Shown here: positions 1 to 10,679 of the stretch, piece after piece
Position numbering within the stretch: the first letter of the stretch is position 1
Layout: the number at the start of each line of letters is the position of its first letter
Assembly (NCBI GenBank): GCA_963711565.1
Contig: CAVQEQ010000004.1
Span: 32,001 to 96,000 of the forward strand
Origin: an uncultured delta proteobacterium
GTDB lineage: Bacteria > Desulfobacterota > Binatia > Binatales > Binataceae
Reading direction: 5' to 3'
Length of the DNA stretch: 64,000 bases
Translations under genes and position numbers: made by a program
Notes under the pieces: model-generated
The model's input: only the letters and a program-made list of their open reading frames with translations
What the model was told of the DNA's origin: nothing
Databases searched by the model: none

Positions 1-2877
1 CGGCGAAGCTTTTCGAGTGCCTCGAAATCGCTGGCCGCAAGCGCCAAGTCACCGTCATAGTCAATACCGGAGAATGCCTTTGACGGTGGCAGCACTTCGA
101 GTACCGCCTCCAGCGCCGCGAAAAAGGCGGCCTCGGTATCGACGCCGGCGCGATGAAGCAATTCTCTCGCGGATTCAAGGGACCGCGTGCGCGCGAAGTA
201 TGCCGCATGATGAATCGCGTCGATCATTCCACGCGATCCGTCGGCCGGACCCAGCGCACCTTTGACGGCGCGGCGCTCGCTATCCCAAATGATGATATCG
301 CCACCTTTCTTTTCGGCGAGGCGCCCGATGATTTGAGCCTCAAGTTCAACGCCCACCGCGCGAGCAAGCACCAACGCTTCATCGTAGGCCACTTTGGGTG
401 CGCGGAACGCGTCCCACGCAAGAACGAACCACGATGTTGCGGGGTCTAGTTCCTCGCGAATCTTGGAATGCGTCAGTTGTTCCAGGCGCCAACGTTTCAC
501 TTCTCGCCGCGCAGCATCCAGCGCGTCTTCGGGAGTGACGGCGTAAGGGTCCCACTCCTCGCGGAACAGTTCTGCCTGCTTAACTCGCCGCCGGCTCTCG
601 GGTTTCGTCCGTGGTGTGCCGCGTTTGAGCGGCCAATGGCGCGAGAATTCCTCAAGCGCCGGACCGAAGGAGGCTAGATACAGATCGACGCCGCCAATTC
701 CCGCCTCCTGGAATTCCGTGACGCGGGTGCGGACCGCCTGCGCAACGAGCGGTTCCACATCTTCCCAGTAGATCGTCGATGCGTCGCGCGCCGTTTCCTC
801 GCGCGGGCGGCAGACCAGGAAGATCGTACTGTTGGCAGCGGCCTTGTCCTTGATGTGCAGGCTGCCTTCGGCCTCGGTGTTGATTGGCCAGGAGGCTGAA
901 ATCGCAAAGCCCGCGTGCATTAGGCCCTTGGTCAGGGCATCCCACGCCCCCGTCGCTTTGTGGGTGAACATCAAGGTCATTACCCCGTCCGGTTTCAGTA
1001 CTCGGCGGCATTCGGTGAAGATTGCCGCCATCCGCTCTTGGTAGTCGCGGCCCGCGAGAGCCTTGGCGCCCGGCTCACCCTTGAACTTGGCTGGATTGGC
1101 GACCGCTTCGTGCTCCTTGTCGGTGAGCGCGCGGGTGAAAAGTTCGGGAAAGAGGCGGCCGGCGGTGCGTTTCAGCCAGACATAGAAGAAGTCTGACAAC
1201 TCCGCGTACATTACATTGTCGTAGTATGGCGGATCTATCACGATCACGTTGACGCTCGAATCTCCGAGATGGTCGAGGTTATCGGCGGACTTGCATGTGA
1301 CAGTGATTGGCGGTGGCTTCGCCGAAGAGGAGGCGCTGAACAATTGTCCGTTGCGATAGGCCGGTTCAGACCCAGTCATCTCCACGAGTTCGGTAATACA
1401 TTGAAATGTCTTGTCGAATGCCCATTCATAACCCAAACCTACAATTAGAGGGGCCATCTCAGCGTAGGACCAACAGAAGGCAAAGTCGTGCCGATCGAAG
1501 ATTGATCGCACCCTTTGAGTTACGATGTCCCAGCGGCATGAACGAGTTCCGTAATTCAGAATCGTGTCCAGTGCGAGCGCTAGATACAGATATGCCGCTC
1601 GCGAGACCTCTTTCATTGGTCCTCGGGCCTGTTCGGTCTCTAGTAGTTCACGGAACACTTCGACACTGATGGCGTGGCATAGGAGTTGGCGCGGAGAGAA
1701 CATATCGCGCCAATGAGTGGCACCATAAAGTCTATGTCCACGGTCGTAGTTTGAAAGTTGATCGATCGGTTCGTTCGGAATCGTGTCGAGAGCTTCCCAC
1801 TCGGCAAGTCTCTCACCGAGGCGGTTCTGGATTGCTTCACTGTTGTCGTCTTCGGGACATGGTGCGCGGTACGCGCGCTCCAACTTCCGACGGATCTTTC
1901 CAGATTTGGTCTTTGTTTCAACGCTCCTCTTAAAAACAACCGCGTAAAGCTGCTCGCCCATTTGGCCGGCCTGCGCTTGACGCTTTACTTCGTCGCCGTC
2001 GATTACGCGGCCGCAGTCCGAGAAAGGGCAGGTTGCGTCGCCGTCAGCGACGGTGCCAGCGGATTGTTCTCTAACTGAAGACACGATCTCAAAACAACAT
2101 CGACGTCCCTTCGACCCGGGACCTCCGCTCAAAGCCGGCCGGAGGAGCACGCCAGTACCATCTGATGCAAGCCGCCAATTCGGTGAAAGTGGGACCAATC
2201 CGTCGCAGTAGGAACAAGTAATTGTGCGTGCCCACAGGTAACCGAGTACCTGGGCTCCCAGCAGTTCCGGAGGAAAGATGCCTGCGTACTTGGGCTCGGC
2301 AGTCTTAATGAATTCCCGAGCAATTCGCTCGAACTCGGTGGCCACTTCTCCGCCGATTCGTATAGGTACTTCGATGGTAGCTCGCAGCAGTAGCGCCGAA
2401 ACAGGGTTGAGTTCGTTCGCTTGCACAGCAACACCAATTCTCTCAGCTTCGAGCGGTATGCTACCTCCGCCCGCAGTAGGGTCTAGCAGCACAATGCTTT
2501 CGAGCGGCTTCGCCGTCTGATCCTTCAGCCACTTGCGATCTTCAGCGTCTGGTAAATATTTGAATGCTCTGTCGTAACCATATGGATTCGCTGCCAACCT
2601 CTCTCCGTTCCTATTCGCGAGGTCTAGACGGCGCTTGACCGCCACGGGATCGCCATGGATGCCAAGGAGGTGCTTGAACTTTTCGTGGTCCGCATCGGCC
2701 AGGCAAGATCGATGCGAGAATCGCTGCGCGCGACGCGATCAATGGCCGCCGCGCCCACCAGACATGCAATCGATTGGGCGCCGGAAAGGGAGTCATCGGC
2801 GTGCGCTCCCGTACAGATTCGATTCCCAGCTCCGCAATCGGCAGCCAGCGTTCAATGAGGCGAGTGTCTTTGGGCAT
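1..2877 (-). pseudogene. DUF1156-family amino (adenine) DNA methyltransferase; one frameshift near 2700; 3' end runs off the window
   Basis: N-terminus RLHVWWARRPL is typical of DUF1156. After an extra G near 2700 (CCT G GCC GAT) a second frame continues with motif I DPTAGGGSIP (~2455-2485), a CxxC, and DPPYY (~1221-1235). The frameshift could be a sequencing error. Confidence 0.85.
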
Positions 2878-2890
2878 TGCGCGCGGGCGG

Positions 2891-3391
2891 TTATAGGTTG
2901 CGCTTAGGATCAGTCAGCAGAATCCGCAGCGCGCTCATCACCCGTCGCGGATACTTGCGATGCATCGCCATCCCGAGCCAGTACGCCGCCTCCTCACGCT
3001 GCATCGTCTCGATCCCCTCGACGACTTCGCGCATCCGGTTGCGGCTTCGCATCGGCGCGAGCGTGCGGAACACTAGTCCGAGCGTCATAGCCAATTCTTC
3101 GCTCACCGGACGGGCCGAGCCGCGTCGGGCCGCAGCCGGATCGCGCGTCGAATCAAAACGGATGCCTTCCTGCGTCAGACGGCGGAGCACACGATGCTCA
3201 ATAAGTTCAAGGTTGCGGCCGCGCAGTCCCGCAATGCGAAGCGGCGAGCGAATATAAGGAGTAGCGGGCGCGGGCATCTGGAAAATTTCGATCTCGGTAT
3301 CTCCCGGCCGGTACGTGCGCGAGCGAATCTCGAAGCGCGGCTGCGAGGAGCGCGGCAAGATTTCGTCAATCCGATGGACCTGTGCCTTCAT
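2891..3391 (-). CDS. Small accessory protein of DUF499/DUF1156 systems
   Basis: 166 aa; 4-nt overlap with the DUF499 gene. C-terminal EEAAYWLGMAMHRKYPRRVMSALRILL resembles the small protein usually found between DUF499 and DUF1156. Confidence 0.7.
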   Translation of the reverse strand: MKAQVHRIDEILPRSSQPRFEIRSRTYRPGDTEIEIFQMPAPATPYIRSPLRIAGLRGRNLELIEHRVLRRLTQEGIRFDSTRDPAAARRGSARPVSEELAMTLGLVFRTLAPMRSRNRMREVVEGIETMQREEAAYWLGMAMHRKYPRRVMSALRILLTDPKRNL

Positions 3392-6300
3392 GGTTTTGCC
3401 TCCGCCGACGCCGATACGTATGCCGATCCGGTTGCAAAGCGCGTCAGACGCTCGGTCAGCTTTTCGGCCGCATCACCGCCCATCACCAGACCATCGTTAA
3501 AACGAATCTCGAAGGTCGTGTCGAGCTTCTTGTCGGCTGCTGCGCGCATCTGTGAGTCGAGAAAATCCTTGACCGGAAGAGCGTCCGCGACCGGACCAGT
3601 GAACTCGAACGTCATCGTCGCGCCCTCCTTGGTATCGTAGCCGCCTTCCATTCTAGCTGTTTTCGCGGCGCTGGGTATTGAACTGACGGCACCGAGAAGC
3701 CGAAATGCATCCGCGGCATCGAAGACTTTGATCTTCAGCACGCCTATCTTGTCCACCTTGGCTTTTCGCGCTTGCTCCCAAAGCTGAATTAGCGCCTCGC
3801 GCAGGACAGCCTCCGCAGTGAAGGTTTGCGAGGCCTCGCCGTCGCTGATGAAGCCGCCGCGATCTGGGCCACCGCCTCCGCCCGTGCGGCCACCCCCACC
3901 GGTTCCGCCGCCGTCATCCGTCTTGCCTCCCTTATCCCGGCCACCTGTATCTCCTCCGGTATCGACCTTGGGCCGCGGCCAGATCTCATGCTGCCGCGCA
4001 TAGTCCATCGTGAAGACTAGGGAATTCTCGTCGATTCGAATGTCGGCGTTGGGATCGCCAGGACCGTAGAGCAGCGTACCGCTTCTATAGACGTAAACGC
4101 TGTCCTCGACGCCCTTGCGGATCGCGCGAACGAAAACCTCGTCGCCGAGCATGATCGGCAGCGCGGGATCCTTGCGGAACTCGTCTCGCAACGCCAGCGT
4201 CGTCATCTGGCCTTTGCGGAGCGGAGTCCGGTCGCGGATGTAGGCAGGAGCGTCGGGCTCGTCATCGCGCGTGCGGAGTTTTTTCTGCTCGCGAAGGGTG
4301 CGAAGAATTTGGACTTGCCCCGCGCCGGGCGAGTCTGAAGTGTTGTGCAGAGCAAGCGCGGTATGGGCGAGGTCAACGTCTGCGCGGGGCAGACGATTTC
4401 GGGACGGATAGAAAACGTGCTGGTAACACTGCTGGATCGCGACAGCCACCTGCGATTCGGACCGCTCCTCGAGTTCAAGAATCTTGGCTTTCTGATGCTC
4501 GGCGAGGTCACCCAGCCGTTCGGGTTTACGCAGCTCAGCCAGCGCGAGACGGCGAACCATTGCGCGGCGCATCTCAGCGACTTTGTCGTCATCGGCAACG
4601 GCGAACAGCAGATTGTTGCGTAGCTCGCGGAAGGCGCTGCCCTCAGCATTTTTGCGCGTGAAAATCTGCGCGACCAAATCAGGAACGCTCTCTACAGCGG
4701 TACCAGCCGTCACTCCGTCGTACGACATAACGACGAGCCGTGGACGGCCGTCGCCAGTGTCGTCGGGAACTTCCCACGGTCCGCCGGCAAACGGAATCAT
4801 CTCAAAGTAGTTACCGCCGAAAATACGTTTGATGCGGTCGTTCAGTTCCGCGCGGACTTGTCCGGCGTCAGCGTGCAGCTCCTGACGGCGGATGATCTGC
4901 GTCAGATTTGCTTCGACCAGGAAGCGAAGTGGCGCGGTCGGGCGATCGTCGAGATAGGATGAGTCTTCGGCGAACCGCTTGCGCGCGTCATCGATAAAGC
5001 TGATGTCCGTTTCGGGACCGAGAATGGAGTAGCGCAAATGCTCGGGAGTGACGCCCTTTAGCTGATCGTTGTAGGCAAGCGTGTGAATGAAAATGGTGCG
5101 CGCGACGTAGGTCGCATACGGCGCCAATCCGCGGTAGTGCGCATCGTCGATTTCCTGCGCAAGCGCCTTCTTGCCCGGTTCTGCGGCGACGATGTCATTG
5201 CGGATCGCCGGCACGTAGGCGCGCTGTCCAAGGCGCGTGGCAATTTCCTCGTAAATGGGCGCGAAGCCCGGATCGATATGATGAAGATGGATCGCCGTGG
5301 CATCCGCCGGCTTTCTACCCCAGAGATAAGCGACGGTTCCAGCTAGCAGGCGCAGCATCCCGCGGACCCGCTGAAAGGTGACGAGTGTCGCCGTCTTGCC
5401 GGTGAGTGTGGCAAGAACGTCTGGATGAAACGGGTAGCTCGCGCGAAATGCATCGATCGTTTCAGGGCGCGCGGCGTCGGCGACAAGAGCATCGCGGTTC
5501 GAGTTCCAGGATTCGCGATAGCTGTCGATGACTTCGGAAGCGGCGTGATCGTCGATTCGGTCGAACAAACGGCGCCGAAGCACCTGCACCGTCTCGTCGT
5601 CCTCGGTCGGGTTCAGCAGCGTGGCCTTGCGGGCTGAAACGCTTTCGATCTCAGTCATTCGATCGGCAATGAACTGGCTTTCCTCGCTGTAGGCGTCGGA
5701 AGAACGATCGTCTTTCCCAATAGACAGCGTGTAGACCACGGCCGCCTTCGGCGAGGATTCAACCGCCTTGAAAAGTGACGTCAGAAACGCGGCGAGTTGC
5801 TCGCGCGCCTGCGGCAGTTTCTGCACCTTGCGCAGGTAAACGGAAAGCTCGTCGAGCAGAATCAAGGTCGGCTCGCCACCGAACAGTTCCTGGATGGTCT
5901 CAGCGCCGGGAGCGATCGCCTGCTCGTCTCCACGGCGAACGCGCTCGTACCCAGCCTTACCAGCGAGCGCATACGCAATCTCGCCCCATGGGGTGAAGGC
6001 GAGAACATCCTCGCCCATCTTGCGGCCGTTGGCGGGGTCCGCATTCTCGCCGTCGAAGGCGGCGACGCGAACGCGGCTTTTCGGAACCAGGGCAGGATCG
6101 ATAAATTCGCCGGCGTTGGTCACGCCACGCATCCCGTTCGCGGCGTGAACGAGTGCAATTAGCGAGTGCGTCTTGCCACCTCCGAATGACGTTCCGAGGC
6201 GAAAGATCGCAGCGACCTCGCCCGTCTTGCCGCTCAATCGCGCGCACACGTTGGCGAGCAAACTCTTGAGCCCGCGCGTCGGATAGGTATTACGGAAGAA

Positions 6301-6468
6301 CGGTTCAGGAGTCCGATACTCGTCGGAAGCAGTGCCCTTGATTACCTGAGCGAGATCGGCCGCGAAATCCGACTTGGCGATGTCACCTTTGACGACATCA
6401 TTTCGCGGCTCGCACAAATCAAAGATTGTCTTCAAATGCGCTCCCCCAACTGTAGCGTTTAGTAGCAC
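3388..6468 (-). CDS. DUF499-family AAA+ ATPase
   Basis: 1026 aa; FAADL, FFRNTYPT, Walker A TSFGGGKTH, Walker B LILLDE, YPFHP, FQRVRGMLRL; Gly-rich linker before the C-terminal domain. Confidence 0.9.
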   Translation of the reverse strand: MLLNATVGGAHLKTIFDLCEPRNDVVKGDIAKSDFAADLAQVIKGTASDEYRTPEPFFRNTYPTRGLKSLLANVCARLSGKTGEVAAIFRLGTSFGGGKTHSLIALVHAANGMRGVTNAGEFIDPALVPKSRVRVAAFDGENADPANGRKMGEDVLAFTPWGEIAYALAGKAGYERVRRGDEQAIAPGAETIQELFGGEPTLILLDELSVYLRKVQKLPQAREQLAAFLTSLFKAVESSPKAAVVYTLSIGKDDRSSDAYSEESQFIADRMTEIESVSARKATLLNPTEDDETVQVLRRRLFDRIDDHAASEVIDSYRESWNSNRDALVADAARPETIDAFRASYPFHPDVLATLTGKTATLVTFQRVRGMLRLLAGTVAYLWGRKPADATAIHLHHIDPGFAPIYEEIATRLGQRAYVPAIRNDIVAAEPGKKALAQEIDDAHYRGLAPYATYVARTIFIHTLAYNDQLKGVTPEHLRYSILGPETDISFIDDARKRFAEDSSYLDDRPTAPLRFLVEANLTQIIRRQELHADAGQVRAELNDRIKRIFGGNYFEMIPFAGGPWEVPDDTGDGRPRLVVMSYDGVTAGTAVESVPDLVAQIFTRKNAEGSAFRELRNNLLFAVADDDKVAEMRRAMVRRLALAELRKPERLGDLAEHQKAKILELEERSESQVAVAIQQCYQHVFYPSRNRLPRADVDLAHTALALHNTSDSPGAGQVQILRTLREQKKLRTRDDEPDAPAYIRDRTPLRKGQMTTLALRDEFRKDPALPIMLGDEVFVRAIRKGVEDSVYVYRSGTLLYGPGDPNADIRIDENSLVFTMDYARQHEIWPRPKVDTGGDTGGRDKGGKTDDGGGTGGGGRTGGGGGPDRGGFISDGEASQTFTAEAVLREALIQLWEQARKAKVDKIGVLKIKVFDAADAFRLLGAVSSIPSAAKTARMEGGYDTKEGATMTFEFTGPVADALPVKDFLDSQMRAAADKKLDTTFEIRFNDGLVMGGDAAEKLTERLTRFATGSAYVSASAEAKP

Positions 6469-6713
6469 AACATGGCGTCAAACGCAGAAGCTTGGCGGCC
6501 CGCACTCAGGGAACCTCCATAAAAACGACGCGCATAGCGATGCCAACAAAATTTGCCGTCATCCAAGTAGTCAAATTACGATCGGGAGCACAATTTCCTC
6601 AAACAAACCGCGCGACGCTTTGACCTCCGTCATCCGCTCGTAAACGGGCTATCGACGATCCGTAATCTGTAACCGGCCGTAGACCGATGGTTGTCGTATA
6701 GAAGCACGCGGGG

Positions 6714-7586
6714 TCATCGGTGAAAGCGCGGCGTCCATTGCTCCTCCAGCTCCTCGTCATCTTCCTCCTCGTCTGCAAAGGTATTCGTGCTCAGGACCGT
6801 TAGTGTCCTGCCGTAGCTTCCGAGCCCCACGATTTCTTCAGTCGTCGCGATGTGCCGACTGCCGCCGAACCATTTCTGCAAATCTGTATCGACCTCTTGG
6901 CGCTTTGCCTCCGCCACGTTTCGCGGATTGCTGTTGAAGTGCGCCGTAGCAACCTCACCAGGCAGGAATTCGCGCTTACGAAGCCACGTTATTTCCGAGA
7001 AGTCCTCCATCGACTTCGACATGAAACAATAGTCGATCCGATTGCCGCTACTCATTACTACGGCAACGGGGACGTCAGTCTTTTGCGCGTAACGAATTGA
7101 CGTTGCGGTGAGCGAAGTGCGACACAAATCTGCAAGTTTCTGAATTGCGGCCAACCCGTCGCCCCCTCGACGCAGCGCTGTTGTGAACATTGGATCGGGC
7201 ATCAGAAGCCCCGTGGCGAAATAGTCCGCCTCTTGCTCAAAAGGATCCTTGGAAACAAAACCAGCTCGGGACGCATGGGTATCCCCGCCACCGCGAAAGA
7301 TGTGCTCTGGATGTCCTTCCAACAAGTAATGGCCGAGCTCGTGCGCTACGCTAAACCGCTGGAAACCCTCGCTGGCAATGTGCGTGGCGTACAGAATGCC
7401 GAAGTTGTTTCCATGCCGCACGAGCATACTCGATACACCCGACGCGCTGTTCCGCTTCGGCTCTACAACGATACCCAAACGCTCGGCAATCTCCTGGGGA
7501 TCGATCGGCAGAGACGATATCCCCTCGTCTTTGAGAAACTTCTCTGCTTTCTGAAGGGCCGAGCTGGCGTTGGGGCTGATCGTCAT
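6714..7586 (-). CDS. ImmA/IrrE-family zinc metallopeptidase (CapP-like)
   Basis: QRFSVAHELGH and EQEADYFATGLLMP motifs; 4-nt overlap with the upstream XRE gene. Confidence 0.9.
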   Translation of the reverse strand: MTISPNASSALQKAEKFLKDEGISSLPIDPQEIAERLGIVVEPKRNSASGVSSMLVRHGNNFGILYATHIASEGFQRFSVAHELGHYLLEGHPEHIFRGGGDTHASRAGFVSKDPFEQEADYFATGLLMPDPMFTTALRRGGDGLAAIQKLADLCRTSLTATSIRYAQKTDVPVAVVMSSGNRIDYCFMSKSMEDFSEITWLRKREFLPGEVATAHFNSNPRNVAEAKRQEVDTDLQKWFGGSRHIATTEEIVGLGSYGRTLTVLSTNTFADEEEDDEELEEQWTPRFHR

Positions 7587-7927
7587 TCGTCCTTTCGTCC
7601 CTTTTCACGGTCCGCCAACATTTTCATGAAACTGCGCGCGAGTTCGCGATCGTGCGCAGTAAGTTTCTGGCCGTCACGGAAGAGCGGATCGGCAGACTTG
7701 CTCATTTCCGGTTGATCGGCCAGCCCCAGCAGAAAGTCAGTGGTCACTTCGAGTGCCTGAGCGAGGCGTCGAAGATTGTCGAACGATGGCTTTCGTGATC
7801 CAGCCTCGAAGTGCGAGATCAACGTCGAAGGCAAACCTGCCTTCGTGGCCAAATCGCTTTGATTCATATTTCTAAGATCACGCGCCGCCTTGAGGCGCTG
7901 CGGGAAACTGTCAACCACGGGATCCAC
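7583..7927 (-). CDS. XRE-family HTH repressor (CapH-like)
   Basis: RLKAARDLRNMNQSDLA...ISHFEAGSRKPS HTH signature; divergent from the Ubl operon. Confidence 0.9.
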   Translation of the reverse strand: MDPVVDSFPQRLKAARDLRNMNQSDLATKAGLPSTLISHFEAGSRKPSFDNLRRLAQALEVTTDFLLGLADQPEMSKSADPLFRDGQKLTAHDRELARSFMKMLADREKGRKDE

Positions 7928-7930
7928 CCA

Positions 7931-7946
7931 TTGTCGATATCGACAA
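7931..7946. promoter_or_regulatory. Candidate operator palindrome
   Basis: Perfect 16-bp palindrome TTGTCGATATCGACAA directly upstream of the XRE start, in the divergent intergenic region. Confidence 0.55.
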
Positions 7947-8056
7947 GAACCACTTGCCGTATTCGCCAGACTGTGGCAGTATCATAGTCGCCATATCACG
8001 AATGGCGGATACGACAACATATCCCCCAAGCAGGGGGCGGCGTCAAGGAGGCCGAA

Positions 8057-8425
8057 ATGGAAAATTCAGACGAATCGTTGGTATCAAGACAGGTCGTTTG
8101 TGAAGAGACAATCGAAGACGGGATTATCGTCGAGGAGATTATCGAGCTCGAGGAATATGCCAAGGCGGATCGGCGTCCACCGCATGCTCGTGCCTATCTG
8201 ATTCGGGTCGATAAGCAGAAGATCACAGTGCATGTTCCAAAGATGACCGGACGCGAGATTCTCGAGAAAGCGGGCAAGATTCCTCCGAACAAGTACATTC
8301 TGCGCGAAGTGTTTAGGGGCGGCTCGTTGGAGAAGATAGAGCTAGACCAAATCGTTGATTTCCGCCGGCATGGAATCGAGAAATTCAAAACTATGCCGAA
8401 GACAGCGCAGGACGGCGGTCTGTGA
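8057..8425 (+). CDS. Multiubiquitin-family ubiquitin-like protein
   Basis: YLIRVDK...MTGREILEKAGK...VDFRRHGIEKFKT beta-grasp pattern; C-terminus AQDG-GL; RBS AGGAGG. Confidence 0.85.
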   Translation: MENSDESLVSRQVVCEETIEDGIIVEEIIELEEYAKADRRPPHARAYLIRVDKQKITVHVPKMTGREILEKAGKIPPNKYILREVFRGGSLEKIELDQIVDFRRHGIEKFKTMPKTAQDGGL

Positions 8426-8832
8426 CCGAGCCGCGCCGGCAGTTCCGACTATCTGAATCCGACGAGGCATTCCTCGACCATCTCGGGTTCTGGTGGGAGA
8501 CGCTCATAGACGCACAACTACGGTGGCTGGTCATCCGCGAGTTTCTTTTACCTGCTGGTTACAATCGAGGCACTGCAAGCGTCGCGATCATGATCGCGCC
8601 CGGCTACCCTCCGGGACCGCTCGACATGGCGTATTTTCATCCGTGGTTAAGTCGAGTCGATTCGCGTCCGATTCCGTGCGCAAACACCGCCCAAATGATT
8701 GACGGTTTGAGCTGGCAGCGTTGGTCCCGACACAGAACGGCAGAAAATCCGTGGATCGAAGGCGAGGACGACCTCGCGAGCCATTTCCATTACATGGAAT
8801 CGTGGCTCGCAAACGAGTTGCAAAGGACCTGA
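8422..8832 (+). CDS. Prokaryotic E2/UBC-fold protein (E2 family E-like)
   Basis: LPAGYN, IAPGYPPGPLDMAYFHP, WQRWSRH motifs; GTGA overlap with the Ubl gene. Confidence 0.85.
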   Translation: MTEPRRQFRLSESDEAFLDHLGFWWETLIDAQLRWLVIREFLLPAGYNRGTASVAIMIAPGYPPGPLDMAYFHPWLSRVDSRPIPCANTAQMIDGLSWQRWSRHRTAENPWIEGEDDLASHFHYMESWLANELQRT

Positions 8833-8834
8833 GA

Positions 8835-10238
8835 ATGAATGTGACGCTGAGTATGACGGGTGAGCAACACGCGCGATTGCAAGAACATCTGTTCCCGGCT
8901 GACGGAAAGGAAGCAGCAGCAATCATGTTGTGTGGCCGGCGCGCGGGTACGGACCGTCATCGTTTGCTCGTCAAGAACGTGCATTTGGTTCCTCACGAGT
9001 CCTGCACCGTGCGTTCGCCATTATCTATCGCGTGGCCGACCGATCTGATGGTGCCCTGGCTTGAACAAGCAAACCGTTCCGGACTCAGCGTGGTGAAGAT
9101 CCACAGTCACCCTGGCGACTACGCGCGCTTTTCGAACCAAGACGACCAGTCTGACGCTGATCTCTTCCCCTGCATCGACGGCTGGATCGAGTCCAGCGTC
9201 CCACACGCCAGCGTCATAATGCTGAGCGATGGCCGAATCTTCGGCCGGACGATCGATGCTGCTCAGAAGTTCACTCCGATCTCGACCGTCGCCGTGGTGG
9301 GTGACGACCTCCACCTGTGGCGCCCTGACGATTTTGCCGAAGGACGCGCAAAAGAGTCGCTCCCACTTTTCACCCAGCGACATGCACAGGCCTTTGGCGA
9401 AAGCACCACCAGAAGACTCCGCGGACTTTCAGCTGGGGTCGTTGGATGCTCAGGCACGGGCAGTATCGTGATTGAACAGCTGATGCGCCTGGGGATCGGC
9501 CGGTTGGTCCTAGTCGACGATGACGTGGTCAAGGACGTCAACCTAAATCGGATCTTAAATGCAACAGCGAACGATGCTGAGCATCGCCGCAAGAAAGTTA
9601 ACGTCAGCGCCGATGCGATCATACGCACGGGATTAGGTACGGTCGTCGAAAAGTATGCTACTAACCTTTACAATCCCGACACCGTGCGCGCGATTGCTGG
9701 ATGCGACGTCCTCTTCGGATGCGTGGATACCGCAGAAGGAAGGTTTCTTAGCAACCTCCTCGCCACGTTCTATCTCCTGCCGTATATCGACGTTGGCGTT
9801 GTCCTTGAGGCAGACGACCAAGGCGGCATCACTCAAGTATGTGGCTATGTACACTATCTGCAGCCCGGCCAGTCGAGCTTGCTGAGTCGCGAAGCTATAT
9901 CCATGGAGGACGTACGCGCTGAAGGGATTAAACGCCAGAATCCGAAGTATTACGAGGACCTGAAAAATGCAGGATACATTCGAAATGTGCAAGAGGAACG
10001 ACCGGCTGTCATTAGTGTCAACACAACGTTGGCCGGCATGGCGGTGAATGAATTACTGGCTCGACTACATGGATTCAGAGACGAACCTAATCGCAACTAT
10101 GCGACGATCGGCATCAGTATCAGCCAAGTCCTATTCTACTCAGAACCTGAATCAGGTCTGCCCTGCAAGGCAATGCATCCGCACGTGGGGCGCGGCGACG
10201 TCGTTCCACTGCTCCAGCAGGCCGAGTTGAGCGAATAG
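8835..10238 (+). CDS. JAB peptidase - ThiF/E1 adenylation fusion
   Basis: N-terminal E...HSHP-x6-S-x2-D JAB motif; C-terminal GCSGTGS, DDDVVKDVNLNRI, CVDT. Start moved to ATG 8835. Confidence 0.9.
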   Translation: MNVTLSMTGEQHARLQEHLFPADGKEAAAIMLCGRRAGTDRHRLLVKNVHLVPHESCTVRSPLSIAWPTDLMVPWLEQANRSGLSVVKIHSHPGDYARFSNQDDQSDADLFPCIDGWIESSVPHASVIMLSDGRIFGRTIDAAQKFTPISTVAVVGDDLHLWRPDDFAEGRAKESLPLFTQRHAQAFGESTTRRLRGLSAGVVGCSGTGSIVIEQLMRLGIGRLVLVDDDVVKDVNLNRILNATANDAEHRRKKVNVSADAIIRTGLGTVVEKYATNLYNPDTVRAIAGCDVLFGCVDTAEGRFLSNLLATFYLLPYIDVGVVLEADDQGGITQVCGYVHYLQPGQSSLLSREAISMEDVRAEGIKRQNPKYYEDLKNAGYIRNVQEERPAVISVNTTLAGMAVNELLARLHGFRDEPNRNYATIGISISQVLFYSEPESGLPCKAMHPHVGRGDVVPLLQQAELSE

Positions 10239-10240
10239 AC

Positions 10241-10594
10241 ATGGCTGCGAGGCTGTTTAGTCGAACCTTATCAGCGCTAGCCACACTATGGGCCTACCTT
10301 ACTCGTGGGGTCGCTGAAACCCGATTCAGATCGCTCTACGTCGAGGAGCTTCCAGAAAGCCTACAAGAACGAACGCTTTATATTGTATCGGAGAAAGGCA
10401 CGGACACTTACGCTGCGCTCGCCTGCCCAAAGGGCTGCGAAATCAACTTGAACATGAACCTCCTTCCCGACGACTGCCCGCGTTGGAGGCTCGACCATTA
10501 TGAGGATGGGGTTCCGTCGCTGCATCCCTCGGTGAGGCGGATCGAGTGTGGATGCCATTTCTGGCTGCGTCGCGGAAAACTGATCTGGTGTTGA
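10241..10594 (+). CDS. DUF6527-family Cys/His protein
   Basis: CPKGC...PSLHPSV...CGCHFWLRRGKLIWC; last gene of the Ubl operon. Confidence 0.8.
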   Translation: MAARLFSRTLSALATLWAYLTRGVAETRFRSLYVEELPESLQERTLYIVSEKGTDTYAALACPKGCEINLNMNLLPDDCPRWRLDHYEDGVPSLHPSVRRIECGCHFWLRRGKLIWC

Positions 10595-10642
10595 GGTTTT
10601 TATTACGAATCGACCAACTGTGGATACCTCGATAACTTGGAC

Positions 10643-10672
10643 TTGACTTCAAGTCAGATATCCGGCCAGAAT
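10643..10672 (+). promoter_or_regulatory. Candidate sigma-70 promoter with operator over -35 (leaderless transcript)
   Basis: TTGACT (10643-48), 18-bp spacer, CAGAAT (10667-72), ATG at 10680 with no RBS. Inverted repeat TGACTT-C-AAGTCA at 10644-56. Confidence 0.55.
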
Positions 10673-10679
10673 AAGAATT

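Noticed and set aside
3860-3965. Gly-rich repeats in DUF499
   Set aside because: Low-complexity interdomain linker, not a DNA repeat element.
8057-10594. E1/E2/JAB genes as CBASS Cap2/Cap3
   Set aside because: No CD-NTase or CBASS effector is present; the operon has its own Ubl.
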